From Pirellulales bacterium (GTDB lineage Bacteria > Planctomycetota > Planctomycetia > Pirellulales > JANQPP01): a DNA stretch of 64,000 bases. A program made the translations under genes and the position numbers. The stretch lies in the NCBI GenBank assembly GCA_028289405.1, contig JANQPP010000109.1, positions 5,128-69,127 on the forward strand, given 5' to 3'. Positions 47,901 to 56,023 of the stretch are shown here, piece after piece. Positions within the stretch are counted from its first letter, which is position 1. Each line of letters begins with the position of its first letter. The notes under the pieces were generated by a model. That model was not told where the DNA came from. It made no database searches and was given only the letters and a program-made list of their open reading frames with translations.

Positions 47901-50333
47901 CAGCCGCAGGTCGGAGAGGTTGAACCCGGTGACCAATTCGCTGAAGTCAATCGTGAGCGAGGTCACTTGAATGTTGGTGGGATCGGGAGCCACATCCACG
48001 ATGTCCGCCGTGGGCGGAGTCGTGTCCCCTTGTCCTATGCCGGTTTGCGTCCAACTCTCGATCGCGCTGGTCAGCAATGAGTTCCCGGCGAAATCGGTGA
48101 TGCCGGAGGTCGCCGCATTCAATTGCAGTGTGTAGAGGCCATTCGTCGCCGTCAGGGAGGAGATCCCGGACAAGCGGAACGTCCGATTGTCCAAAGTGGT
48201 GAGTGACTCGCTGCCGGTGAGCAGATTGCCGAGCCCGTCCCCCGATTTTTGCAACGACAAATCATTGAGACCGAAGCCAACCACTGGCTCGCTGAAGACG
48301 ATATCCAGGAAGGCGACCGGCTGATTGATTGGGTCGGGCACGACGTTCACGATGTCCACGCTGGGCCGGGTTACATCGCCACCGCCACTGGTCTTGGACC
48401 AGGACTCGGTCGCGCCGATTTGCAATAGATTCCCGGCCAGGTCGGCGATGCCTCGCCCATTGGCGAGCAGGGAAAGCACGTATTGCCCGTTGGTTCCCGT
48501 GACCGATCCCAGTCCGCCCAATGTGTAATTCACATTGTCCGTGGTGGTGAGACTGGCATTACCCGGGAGCAGATTGCCCGAACCGGAGCCCACTCGATCC
48601 AAGATGAGGTCCGAGAGGTCAAAGCCAGTGACTGGTTCGCTGAATTGAATGTTGATCGAGTTGACCGGCGTGGTACGGGGATCGGGAGTGACGTCGATGA
48701 CATCCACCGTGGGCGGCAGGTTGTCCACGATCACTCCCGTTTGGATCCAAACTTCCACCGCGTCGGTGGTCAGCGGGTTGCCCAGCGTGTCGGTGATAAA
48801 CGAATTCGACGCATTGAGCGACAAAGTGTAGGTGCCGTCCGTGCCGGTGGCGAGCGCTAGATTGTTTAGCGTGAAAGTTTGGTTGTCCGAGGTCGTCAAC
48901 GTCTGCGCGCCGGTGAGCAGATTGCCCAGGCCGTCGTTGGATTTATCCAGCACCAGGTCAGAAAGATCGAAGCCGAAGACCGGCTCGCTAAATACGATCT
49001 CCACCGAGGCGACCGGCGTATTGCGCGGACTGGGAATCACGTCCACGATATCGGCGGTGGGACCGGTGATGGGAACGGGCTGGAAGCGGCGGGCATAGAT
49101 GCCATAGCCGCTGCCGTCTTGGCCGAGGCTGGACCAGGAGACGACGAGATCTCCGTCCGGATTGATCGCGGCGCTGGCTTGCCGCTGGCGACCGTTGGCG
49201 AATTGATTGACATGTTGTGCCTCGCCGGTGCGCACACCGGTGGAGGAGAAGCCTTGCGCGAAGATACCGTAGCCAATTTGATTCGGTCGTCCCTCGGTTT
49301 CCCAAGCCACGACGAAGTCCCCGTCGGCATCCATGGCCACCGAAGCTTGTTGGGGAGTCTCGCTCAAATCCGTATTGACTTGAATACTCGGTCCCAAGCG
49401 GTCGCCAAACTGGTTGTAACGCTGCACGTTGACGGCGGCGCCGATCCAGCTCACCACGAAGTTGCCCTGCGCGTCCATGGCGACGCCCGGCATGCGGACA
49501 TCGTTGGGAGTGTTCAGATTGACCTGGAATTCGCCCGCTTGCCGCACGCCCGAGGAGTTATACCGCTGGGCAAAAATCTTATCCGTGGAGCCGAATAGTT
49601 CATTGCGCATCCAAGCCACGACAAAATCACCGTCAGCGTCCACCGCCACCGCTGGAGTCCGCTGGTCTCCCGTGTCGCTGGTATTGACGCGGAATTCATT
49701 TCCCTGTGGGACGGCGGCAGCGCTGTAACGCCGCGCGAAAACGTCAATCTCCGTTTGTTGGCTGGGGAAACTCCCGGTAGAGACCACGCTTTCCCAAGCG
49801 ATCACGAAATCGCCATTCTCTTCCATGGCGATCGCGGGGAGTTGCTGGTTGCCCGCGGTCGTCGTGTTCACGCGAAACACGCCCGTTTGCGGAACGCCTG
49901 CCGCATTGAATTTCCGCGCGAAGACCCCGGCGCCATCGCCATCCAGGCCGCCGATGTTGGTCCACGTGACGACAAAATTCCCCAATGCGTCGGTTGCCAC
50001 AGACGCATGGCGTGCCAGAGACGAGCCGGTCACAACCACTTCATTGCCAGTGGGCGTGCCGTCGTCATTGAATCGTCGGGCTTTCACTCCGCCCGTGAAA
50101 TAGTCGGACCAGGTAACCACGAAATCGCCATCGGCATCCACGGCCACGGTTTTGGCGGTCGATTCCAGGTTTGCCTGGTTGCCGAGCGTGGCCTCGTTGA
50201 CACGCAACTCGGGGCCAAGCGGATTCACGCTAAGCAAGGAGCGTTGCTCGAGTGGCTCAAAGAATCCGGAGCCAAGAGTCTTTTTTTTGTATGCCGACAG
50301 CTTACGGGACTTGGATCGTGACGCGAATGGCAT
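42000..50333 (-). CDS. Giant secreted repeat protein (2777 aa): N-terminal LExRxLL motif, 7 propeller-like repeats, 19 tandem Ig-like modules, dockerin/EF-hand-like C-terminal segment
   Basis: A single uninterrupted ORF. Seven units centred on VA(V/M)DA(D/Q)G(D/N)FVV(T/A/S)W. Nineteen units, which I counted, each beginning (T/S)(V/A)D(I/V)(V/I)(D/N)V.PDP and containing (I/V)VFSEPV.GF...DL.L and GNLLTG...L.T.DN.TF.LSGL...DGQY.L.L....GI.D.AGN. C-terminal GDFNGDGASDLRDF. Confidence 0.9.
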   Translation of the reverse strand: MPFASRSKSRKLSAYKKKTLGSGFFEPLEQRSLLSVNPLGPELRVNEATLGNQANLESTAKTVAVDADGDFVVTWSDYFTGGVKARRFNDDGTPTGNEVVVTGSSLARHASVATDALGNFVVTWTNIGGLDGDGAGVFARKFNAAGVPQTGVFRVNTTTAGNQQLPAIAMEENGDFVIAWESVVSTGSFPSQQTEIDVFARRYSAAAVPQGNEFRVNTSDTGDQRTPAVAVDADGDFVVAWMRNELFGSTDKIFAQRYNSSGVRQAGEFQVNLNTPNDVRMPGVAMDAQGNFVVSWIGAAVNVQRYNQFGDRLGPSIQVNTDLSETPQQASVAMDADGDFVVAWETEGRPNQIGYGIFAQGFSSTGVRTGEAQHVNQFANGRQRQASAAINPDGDLVVSWSSLGQDGSGYGIYARRFQPVPITGPTADIVDVIPSPRNTPVASVEIVFSEPVFGFDLSDLVLDKSNDGLGNLLTGAQTLTTSDNQTFTLNNLALATGTDGTYTLSLNASNSFITDTLGNPLTTDAVEVWIQTGVIVDNLPPTVDVIDVTPDPRTTPVNSINIQFSEPVTGFDLSDLILDRVGSGSGNLLPGNASLTTTDNVNYTLGGLGSVTGTNGQYVLSLLANGRGIADLAGNLLQIGATESWSKTSGGGDVTRPSVDIVNVVPDPINQPVAFLDIVFSEPVVGFGLNDLSLQKSGDGLGNLLTGSESLTTLDNRTFRLSGISSLTATNGLYTLQLNAATSGITDFAGNSLLTSAIESWTQTGIGQGDTTPPTADIVDVAPDPTNIQVTSLTIDFSELVTGFNLSDLRLEKAGDGQGNLLTGNETLSTSDNRRFVLSGISGITNSNGQFTLSLLAANSGIQDSAGNAMLANAFETWTQQNIGSVDTTPPTVDIVDISPDPTNFPVTSIEIVFSEPVTGFTVSDLFLDKALDNRGNLLTGTESLTTSDNIRFTLSGLAPLTRTNGQFFLSLRAAGSGITDAAGNPLGNNASEEWLQQNIQDDNQPPTVDIVDVFPDPTTQPVTSLQIVFSEPVTGFGISDLVLDKANDNQGNLLTNAQSLTTTDNQVYTLSGLQPLTVGNGQYTLSLIAGGSGITDLFGNVLQTSAIESWTQSGGGGGDTISPTVDIVDVVPDPIGVSVTSLQIAFSEPILGFSLSDLRLTRTGSPSLNLLTGNETLSTLDNRLFTLSGIGPLTSTDDLYSLSLIASGSGIVDFAGNPLLSSAFESWTQQGLGGGGDTTPPSVDIVNVTPDPRSTPVTSMQIVFSEPVVGFNLTDLGLFRVSDSTPNLLTGNETLSTFDNRTFTLSGLAPITDADGQYNLTLFAFGSGITDFAGNPLSNSANEVWNQTGIINPNNPTADIIDVTPDPINARITSLQIVFSEPVLGFNLNDLILDKTNDGLGNLLTGNESLTTTDNVVFTLSGIDALTAGDGQYRLTVRAANSGITDLGGNPLLSDAVETWTQQGLPGDTISPTVNIVDVFPDPRNTSVSSIQIVFSEPVTGFDVSDLFLDRVFDNATNLLTGNETLTTTDNRTFTLSGLQAATATDGQYILSLIGQGSGIRDLAGNALTTNAFDNWTQVGLGGGGDTTPPTVDIVDVTPDPRTTPVSSMTIVFNEQVTGFGIDDLILDNINDTKGNLLTGLENLTTSDNRTFILSGLSGLTNANGQYSLSLAAANSGIRDLAGNLLQIGATESWTRSGSTGDTTPPTADIVDVVPNPINVSVNSLEIRFSETVVGFNLADLRLTRSGSSSINLLTGSETLTTNDNRTYFLSGLSPVTNVDAQYRLTLTASGSGITDLAGNNLLGNALEVWTQTNLGGGSSPTVDIVDIVPDPINTPVTTLQIVFNEPVTGFDLGDLVLDKSNDAQGNLLTNQQTLVSSDNQTFFLNNLSPLTGTDGQYTLSLVASGSGITDFFGNPLLTGAFEVWTQSGVGNDQTPPSVNIVDVFPDPRNTAVFSIQIEFSEIVTGFELADLSLTRTGSGFNLLTNSQTLSSADGKTYTLGNLQGVTNVDGTYVLSLVSNGSGIRDLAGNDLANSASDVWTQSGVTGDTTPPVADIVDVVPDPTTSRISSLQIVFSEQVFGFDILDLELSRLTQGNANLLTGSESLTTTDNRTYLLSGLSGLTQLDGQYRLTVRASGSGIVDAAGNAMITNATEIWTQTGGSGGGDTTPPTVDIVDVFPDPRNTAVTSLDIVFSEPVLNFDLTDLSLIRITTSAANLLTGNEVLTTTDSQTFTLSGISPLTNIDGQYLLSLNSSGSGIVDLSGNALATGASEAWTQTGVSPGDTTPPSVDIIDVFPDPINTAVTTLTIVFSEPVSGFGLDDLVLDKANDGAGNLLTGSETLQTGDNRTFTLSGLGNLTNSDGQFTLTLNRAGAGITDLAGNALSNSAVEVWTQTGVGQGGSPTADIVDVTPDPTNTAVNTIEIVFSEPVTGFDLGDLVLDLANDNAGNLLTGQQLLTTTDNIRYRLTGLSSVTASVGQYTLTLAATGTGIRDLSGNPLANTAVETWTRQSSGGDTSPPTVDIVNVTPDPISTAVSSIVIVFTEPVFGFDISDLSLSRVLEGPTNILTNQQILSTTNNQTFTLSGLATITDVDGPYFLSLKSRNSGIVDAAGNALITGADEIWSKVGSLATSIATTVPASPEASREAGDFNGDGASDLRDFIFAKDRLQTMVAIPAAAQEAAMVEEMPAAAPTARDAAMGTLYEDDGKPVMEAEEDGLESALLAVAITRESSHVVDTSLKTSAMKSQDAMPTSGAMASAKSPEQDDLWAAWDEDFGV
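42440..49060 (-). repeat. 19 tandem ~345-bp coding repeats inside the giant gene
   Basis: Periodicity seen in the translated protein (about 115 aa per unit). The units are diverged, so they are not recent identical copies. Units 2 and 11 share the rare string GNLLQIGATESW, and units 10, 14 and 16 share VFPDPRNT. Boundaries are approximate. Confidence 0.85.
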
Positions 50334-50820
50334 GAGTGAAGGGTCCTTGCGCCAAAAAGTTCTTCTCTGAATAGACTTGTGTGGTCAGACCTGCTTCACA
50401 AACAGGAAGAAGGGCTGCCGACATCCGTCAAATCCTGTGTCTTGATGTGTGAAACCCTTTCGGGTGACCACAATCCAAACACCTGTCTCTGTAAATTTAC
50501 ATAATATGCGAAATCCAGAAAAAATCCACACCTTTGTCAAAACCGATACAACCGCCACGAGCAGACACCGCATTTTCAAAGTGCGAACCTATTACATTCC
50601 AAGATGATACAGCATTTTTCTGAAGTTCTCGACCTACAGCATAATCTGTCTTTTCCGAATCGTCGCGTTTTTGGCGCGGGCAGTGATCGATTCGAAATTG
50701 AAACCCTTTCCATTCGCACGGAATTTGCTCCGACCGAAGAGTTCCATTTGGCAGCAAACTATCTTTGGAGAAAGGACTCAAGAAACTCGCCGAGACTATC
50801 TCCGCAGGATTCACCGCGAA

Positions 50821-52548
50821 ATGGGGCCGCTTTCCACGCTCCCGTTGCATTACTCCACGAGCCATCGCCGGCTACACCGCGGCGCGATGTGGGCTATCGG
50901 ATGTGCCTCGCTGGTTTTTTTGGCCGCCAGCACCGCCCCGCCGTCGACCTTGGTCGAGCTGTGGGCTTGGGCTCAATTCTTCATGGCAATCGTGGTAGGA
51001 GCGTGCTTCACGGGCTGGCGGATTACCCAATTCCCCAAGTCCCGAGCGGCTGAATTCACCCTCGTGACACCGATCTCGGACCGAGAGCTCGTCGCCACGG
51101 AGGTGCTCACGGGAGTAGCGAAGACGGTGCTGGTCGTTTTCCCTTTGCTGCCATTTACTTGCGCGATGTGGGGCGCGGGCTGGATCTCAAAATCGGATAT
51201 GCTCATTCTCACGTGCGTTCCCGTCAGCGCCGGAGTGTTCGCGGGAATCTGCCTGGCCGTCGTGAGCTACGAACCGTCTTGGGTCCGGCGGTCGCTGGAG
51301 TATTTGCTGCTGGCTGGTGTCGTGGCGTACATGGTGCTTTTTGGCTTGCTGGGCGCGTTTTTCGCCCGGCCACTTTTGGCTGCTTGGGGCACGTTGGTGG
51401 GCACTCCGCTCTCCGGATTCATGGATGTGGGAGACGTGCTGCGCTTCTCCAATCCATTTCGGCTGCTCGGATCCGTGGGAGATGTTGATCAAGGTGCCGC
51501 CACCATGCGTACCCTGCTCATACTCGGGCTGATCTGGTTCCTGACCATGGCCGGCTACTTGCGGCTCGCGTGCCGCCTACGCCCACATTACGAGGAAGAA
51601 AATTACGGACGGCAACGCGGCCGGCGAGATTATTCGCGTCCCATGGGGCAGCGACCCTTGTCTTGGTGGACGCGACGACGCGTGAGTCGTTTTCGGGGCC
51701 GTATCAATCTTTATCTGACCTGGGCGACCGTGGCGGTTTACACCGCGTGGACTCTCATGCCGGGCCGTTGGCCGCCCTGGCTGGCGGTGCCGCAATTACA
51801 GTTGCTGGAATCATTAGGCGGCCTGCCGTTGCTGTTGGCGGCCTGCCTGCACCTGGCCGTGGTTCCCGCCGCTTTTCTGCAAGGTCTCTGGGATAGCCAC
51901 GCCCAACAACGCGCGCGGCGGCTGGAATTGCTACTGACGACTCCACTCGAGGCGGGCGACTATCTCCTCGCCAGCCTGGTAGCCGCCTGGACGCGCGGGC
52001 GAGGTTACATCCTGCCGGCGGCAATTCTCTCCGGAGTTGCCATCTACAACCGAAATCTACAGCCCGTGGAATTGGCCTGGCTGTGCCTTGCGATGGGGAA
52101 CTATCTGCTTCTTTCGTTCGCGGTCGCATTTCGCAACTTCGCCCGCTTGCCGGACGATCGCTCCGTGACGGTGTGTGGCTTGCTATGGTCGGTTGGCCTG
52201 CCTGTTCTCACGATTGGATTGGCTCTACTGGCGGAACCCAATTGGACATTCTGTACACCTCTGGGTGCCGTTTACCAAGCAGCGACTGGCAGTTCAACTG
52301 CCACGAAACTTTTTCTCGCGTCCCAGTGCTTGTATGCCCTGGCAGGAATCTTTCTGCTGCGAAGTGCCGTCTTGTGTTTTGATCGGGAAATTCACGATTG
52401 GTTTGCGGGCCAACTTGGTCCTGAACCATCCCGCCGGAGCAAAACAAGCAATCGCTGGTTCGCCCCCACACGTTTTCGATTTCAGGAGTTGGCGAACACG
52501 GTAGGGACTTCACTTCGTCGGACGCGAATGCGTTTCCCTTCCAGATAG
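50821..52548 (+). CDS. Polytopic membrane protein, unknown function
   Basis: At least 10 hydrophobic segments. Start placed at the ATG at 50821; the track ORF begins earlier at a non-ATG codon. No motif recognised. Confidence 0.5.
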   Translation: MGPLSTLPLHYSTSHRRLHRGAMWAIGCASLVFLAASTAPPSTLVELWAWAQFFMAIVVGACFTGWRITQFPKSRAAEFTLVTPISDRELVATEVLTGVAKTVLVVFPLLPFTCAMWGAGWISKSDMLILTCVPVSAGVFAGICLAVVSYEPSWVRRSLEYLLLAGVVAYMVLFGLLGAFFARPLLAAWGTLVGTPLSGFMDVGDVLRFSNPFRLLGSVGDVDQGAATMRTLLILGLIWFLTMAGYLRLACRLRPHYEEENYGRQRGRRDYSRPMGQRPLSWWTRRRVSRFRGRINLYLTWATVAVYTAWTLMPGRWPPWLAVPQLQLLESLGGLPLLLAACLHLAVVPAAFLQGLWDSHAQQRARRLELLLTTPLEAGDYLLASLVAAWTRGRGYILPAAILSGVAIYNRNLQPVELAWLCLAMGNYLLLSFAVAFRNFARLPDDRSVTVCGLLWSVGLPVLTIGLALLAEPNWTFCTPLGAVYQAATGSSTATKLFLASQCLYALAGIFLLRSAVLCFDREIHDWFAGQLGPEPSRRSKTSNRWFAPTRFRFQELANTVGTSLRRTRMRFPSR

Positions 52549-52706
52549 CTCTCTGAAATTCTCGCCGAATTGGCGGGGCATGTCCTGAGTCGAAGGCATA
52601 TTTATCACCCTGATGTGCCACAATTTCTAAAAAAGCCCATCGATGACGGGTGATGTGTAACGCAGCTTACGGAGTTGCTACAGGAGAGCGCGTAAGCTGG
52701 CGATAA

Positions 52707-53204
52707 GTGGGAGACTCAGCCTTGCCTTCGTGGTTTTCTCCCTGCTTGCCGGGGAGATTCCATGAAAAGATATCTGCGTTGGGCCGTGGGAGCCGGAACG
52801 ATCGACTGCATCTTCTGGTCGGGCCTACGCATCGTCTCATGGAATCAGCAACGCGCGAGGCCCGGTTTCGCTTCCTCCACGCGGGAACCCAATTTCACGC
52901 CAATCCATGCGGCACATACACGGTTCCGGCGGCCCAGGCTTTTGGCCTCCTCGATGATGAGCTCGTGTTAGGTGTGGCGGTGGAAGGTTTGGCGCGCGCC
53001 TACCCAATCCGCTATCTCTCTCTCACCGAGCACGTCAACGATGCCCTGGGTCGCCGGACCATTCTCGTCCACTTCTAGCCCGATGCGCCCGCCGCTTGGG
53101 CCACCGACGAAGAAGGGCAACTACACGTGGGCATCACACAATACCTGCCGGCATGGCGGAACTTTCATCCGCAGGGCGAGGCATTCGAGGTCGCTCCGCA
53201 GTAG
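52707..53204 (+). pseudogene. Degraded DUF3179-like gene (tentative)
   Basis: LDDELVLGVAVEGLARAYPIRYLSLTEHVNDALGRRTILVHF resembles the DUF3179 core (..ARAYP...L..H.VVND..). The frame then hits TAG at 53076 where the CPLC motif would follow. A signal-like MKRYLRWAVGAG sits in another frame at 52762. The same frame reopens until the TAG at 53202. Confidence 0.4.
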
Positions 53205-53937
53205 AACACCTATTCTGGCATATCGCCTGGATGGGAAATGCCGGTTTTTTTCTTTGTGCGGATTGTCTCGCGTAATTACCATGGGGTGCATGATGAATCC
53301 CAGCCGCCATACCGAACCGCGGTCGCGACGCGCTCCGCAACTGACGAGCGAAGAAATTGCGCGTCGGGCGGCGGAGATTCGTGAAAGCTGGACCGTCGAA
53401 GAACGCCTGCGGCGGACGGTCGTGGAACCGGGATACGTCAATTGGACCGTCTATTGGTCCGGGGACGAAGAAGATTAGGGTCCAACCGAGCTTCTCGACG
53501 GATGCGGCGCTGTAGAAAACGAGCCCAAGTAGCGAAAATGCTGCCAGACTGAACCGAAACGCGGTAGGAAGTCCGCTCACCATCGCGTCGCTTCCTTCAC
53601 AATTTCCCTTTCCCTCGGCCGGCAGACGACATCTTCCTCTTTCAGGGGTGGCCCGATTTCAGGGGCCGCTTCAAGACCCCTCTTCAAACTGCCTGAATCG
53701 CTGAAAAACGCTACGCCTCTACCGATGTTATATAGGGGGCAAGGAAGACGTAGCACTGGCGATAAGGGCGAATCATCCCGGCGACGACCCTTCCGCAAAT
53801 CCACGGATGTACTCTCTTTCCGCGCTCGTTTTACATGCCGAATTGCGACGGTTACGATTCGTTGATGCGGATTTCGCTCGCGCGCTGACATCTTGCGCGT
53901 GGCATACACCGGGGACTTGTTGTTCGCCAGAGAGAGA

Positions 53938-54711
53938 ATGGACTCGAATCTAGCCTCGAAAATACGAGCCCGGCTTCACAGAACGGGGAGATCCGTTGCT
54001 GGTGAAATCGGCAAGCTGATTGGACGCTACCATTGTCCCTTATGCGAGCGGAATGTGCTGGCTTGGGAGCCTCTTCGTCGCGATATCGGGCATGGAAAAT
54101 CTGTGCTTGAGCCCAAGGGACGACTGTGCCCGCACTGCGGTTCACTGGAGAGAACTCGGCATTTCGTGAAATACCTGAGCCAGGAGGGCATTCTTGACGC
54201 CAAGCCGAAAATGCTCCACTTCGCGCCGGAGCGCGGGCTGGAGGTTCGGCTCAGACAAAAGCTTGGAAAGCACTATGTAACCACCGACTTATTCATGCCG
54301 GGTGTTGATCGGAAAGAAGACATCACCGACATGACCTTTGAGGATGGTGAATTCGATTTCATCTATTGCAGCAACGTACTGGAACACATCGAGGACGACG
54401 CGGCGGCGATGTCCGAGCTCTTTCGCGTTCTGTCTCCTGGCGGCCGTGCGATCGTGCAGGTGCCGATCAGAGGCAAAACAACGCATGAGGATCCCTCGAT
54501 CGTCGATCCCCGTGAGCGATACCAGCACTTCGGCCAAGCCGACCACGTCCGATATTATGGTGAAGACATTCAAGACCGCCTCGCGGCAGCGGGTTTCGAA
54601 GTAACGCCCTTCTACATGCTCGACGTTCTTCGGATCGACGAAGCTGACATCCAACGGATGAATCTGAGGTTGCGCGAACTAATCCATCGGTGTCAAAAAC
54701 CGTCGGGCTAA
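53938..54711 (+). CDS. Class I SAM-dependent methyltransferase with N-terminal zinc-ribbon
   Basis: CPLC...CPHC ribbon. Methyltransf_11-like FDFIYCSNVLEHIEDD...ELFRVLSPGGRAIVQVP. Confidence 0.8.
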   Translation: MDSNLASKIRARLHRTGRSVAGEIGKLIGRYHCPLCERNVLAWEPLRRDIGHGKSVLEPKGRLCPHCGSLERTRHFVKYLSQEGILDAKPKMLHFAPERGLEVRLRQKLGKHYVTTDLFMPGVDRKEDITDMTFEDGEFDFIYCSNVLEHIEDDAAAMSELFRVLSPGGRAIVQVPIRGKTTHEDPSIVDPRERYQHFGQADHVRYYGEDIQDRLAAAGFEVTPFYMLDVLRIDEADIQRMNLRLRELIHRCQKPSG

Positions 54712-54808
54712 TATGGCGGTTTTAATACACGGCTCGCTGTCGATTTCTGTGAAGCTGATCAATTTCGACGGGTACCTATTGCGATCATTTTTTGCAGGAG
54801 AGAAGTGC

Positions 54809-55456
54809 ATGACGGAATTTGCCAATGCATCCCTATATGCCGATTACGTTGATCTTGCAAGAATCGCACGTGAATGTGTCGTTGTGATTGTCTCCATCAT
54901 TGGCGTTTATATTGCCACGAGAGGACTGCAAACGTGGCGTCACCAACTGCATGGCAATACTGAATACGAATTGGCTCGTCGATTATTGCGAGCAACATTT
55001 CGTGTGCGTGATAAAATTCGCATGGTTCGAAATCCATATATGAGTTCAAGTGAAATTTCTCAAGCTGTCGAGAACGAATATCCGAATGAGCCAGATCGAA
55101 AGGAAGACCACGCTGACTCAACGACGGCTGTGTACAATTCCCGATGGAATCAGTTGCGCGAGGCGCTGTCTGATCTGAACGTCGAATGTGTGGAAAGCGA
55201 AGTGATCTGGGGTGACCATGTCCCAAGCCGGCTAAAACCCCTTCACGCCGCTATCATTGAGTTGCATGTTGCCATAATTCGGCATCTTCGGCAGTTTGGC
55301 CGACGTCCAGAGGAGATAAGCTCAGAAGAGCAGGAGAAGATCGATCGGATGGTATATGAAATAAGCGAAGATCCAGATAAAGATGCTTTCACCGCTCGAA
55401 TACAATCTGCGGTGAATGAAGTTCAAGAATTCCTAAAGCCTAAACTGAAAATCTAG
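54809..55456 (+). CDS. Hypothetical protein with N-terminal TM helix, in an A/T-rich segment
   Basis: GGAGAG RBS 8 nt upstream of the ATG at 54809. CVVVIVSIIGVYIATRGL helix, then a helical soluble part. My spot count of one 60-nt line gave 37% G+C. Confidence 0.5.
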   Translation: MTEFANASLYADYVDLARIARECVVVIVSIIGVYIATRGLQTWRHQLHGNTEYELARRLLRATFRVRDKIRMVRNPYMSSSEISQAVENEYPNEPDRKEDHADSTTAVYNSRWNQLREALSDLNVECVESEVIWGDHVPSRLKPLHAAIIELHVAIIRHLRQFGRRPEEISSEEQEKIDRMVYEISEDPDKDAFTARIQSAVNEVQEFLKPKLKI

Positions 55457-56023
55457 TAAAGCAAAAATCAGCAAAATATGCCGAAGGAGAAAAATCAAAC
55501 GCTATAAGGCGTGACTTTGCGATAGTCGACGTCAATCGGCGTGGGCTGAAGAATGCCCGTCGGCGAGATGTCCAGCACGCATTGCCTGCCATCGGTGGCC
55601 ATTCCCACGTTTGCCAAGTGCGCGCAACGTCGGTCACGTGCGCGTATGATGCAAGTTGGCTGTGTCAGCGATTACGGCTTCAATTCGCTTGATTGCGATA
55701 TGCGCCGGCCGCTTGTTAGCTTTTGACGAACGAACCATCGTTCGCCAGGCTTTCCCTCGACCAACGGTCGCGGTACCCCGATCTGGGCCGAGGGAAAATC
55801 GCCACGCAGCCGTTCAGTGGACAGGTTCCTGTTCCATGCCCCACGCTGCGAACCTTAACAGCCAACGGACAAAACCTTCGCTGAATTCCGTCCATCGGCG
55901 TTCCACGGCCTCTGGACACTCATTTTCGCAAATGCGAGATGTTTCGTCTTCAGGCTCTAAATGCCCCGGCAGTGCTTACGGCTGCCTCAAGATGAAATGA
56001 GCGGAAACCGAAAGGCCACATGC

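Noticed and set aside
42440-49060. Regular DNA periodicity that could be mistaken for a CRISPR or satellite array
   Set aside because: The period is about 345 bp, and the units are diverged and contiguous with no repeat/spacer alternation. The whole stretch is one open reading frame encoding 19 protein modules.
42067-50321. Many 60-250-aa ORFs on the plus strand inside the giant gene (for example 42313..42942, 43255..43992, 48879..49598)
   Set aside because: They are antisense to one continuous 2777-codon ORF with clear protein-level repeat structure. They recur with the same ~345-bp periodicity and have low-complexity Ser/Val/Arg-rich translations typical of the opposite strand of a high-GC gene.
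53076-53078. In-frame TAG in the DUF3179-like frame considered as programmed read-through (pyrrolysine) by analogy with the TGA case
   Set aside because: The conserved CPLC cysteines that should follow are missing. The N-terminal signal-like segment is in a different frame, and the reopened frame ends after 41 codons. Decay explains it better than recoding.
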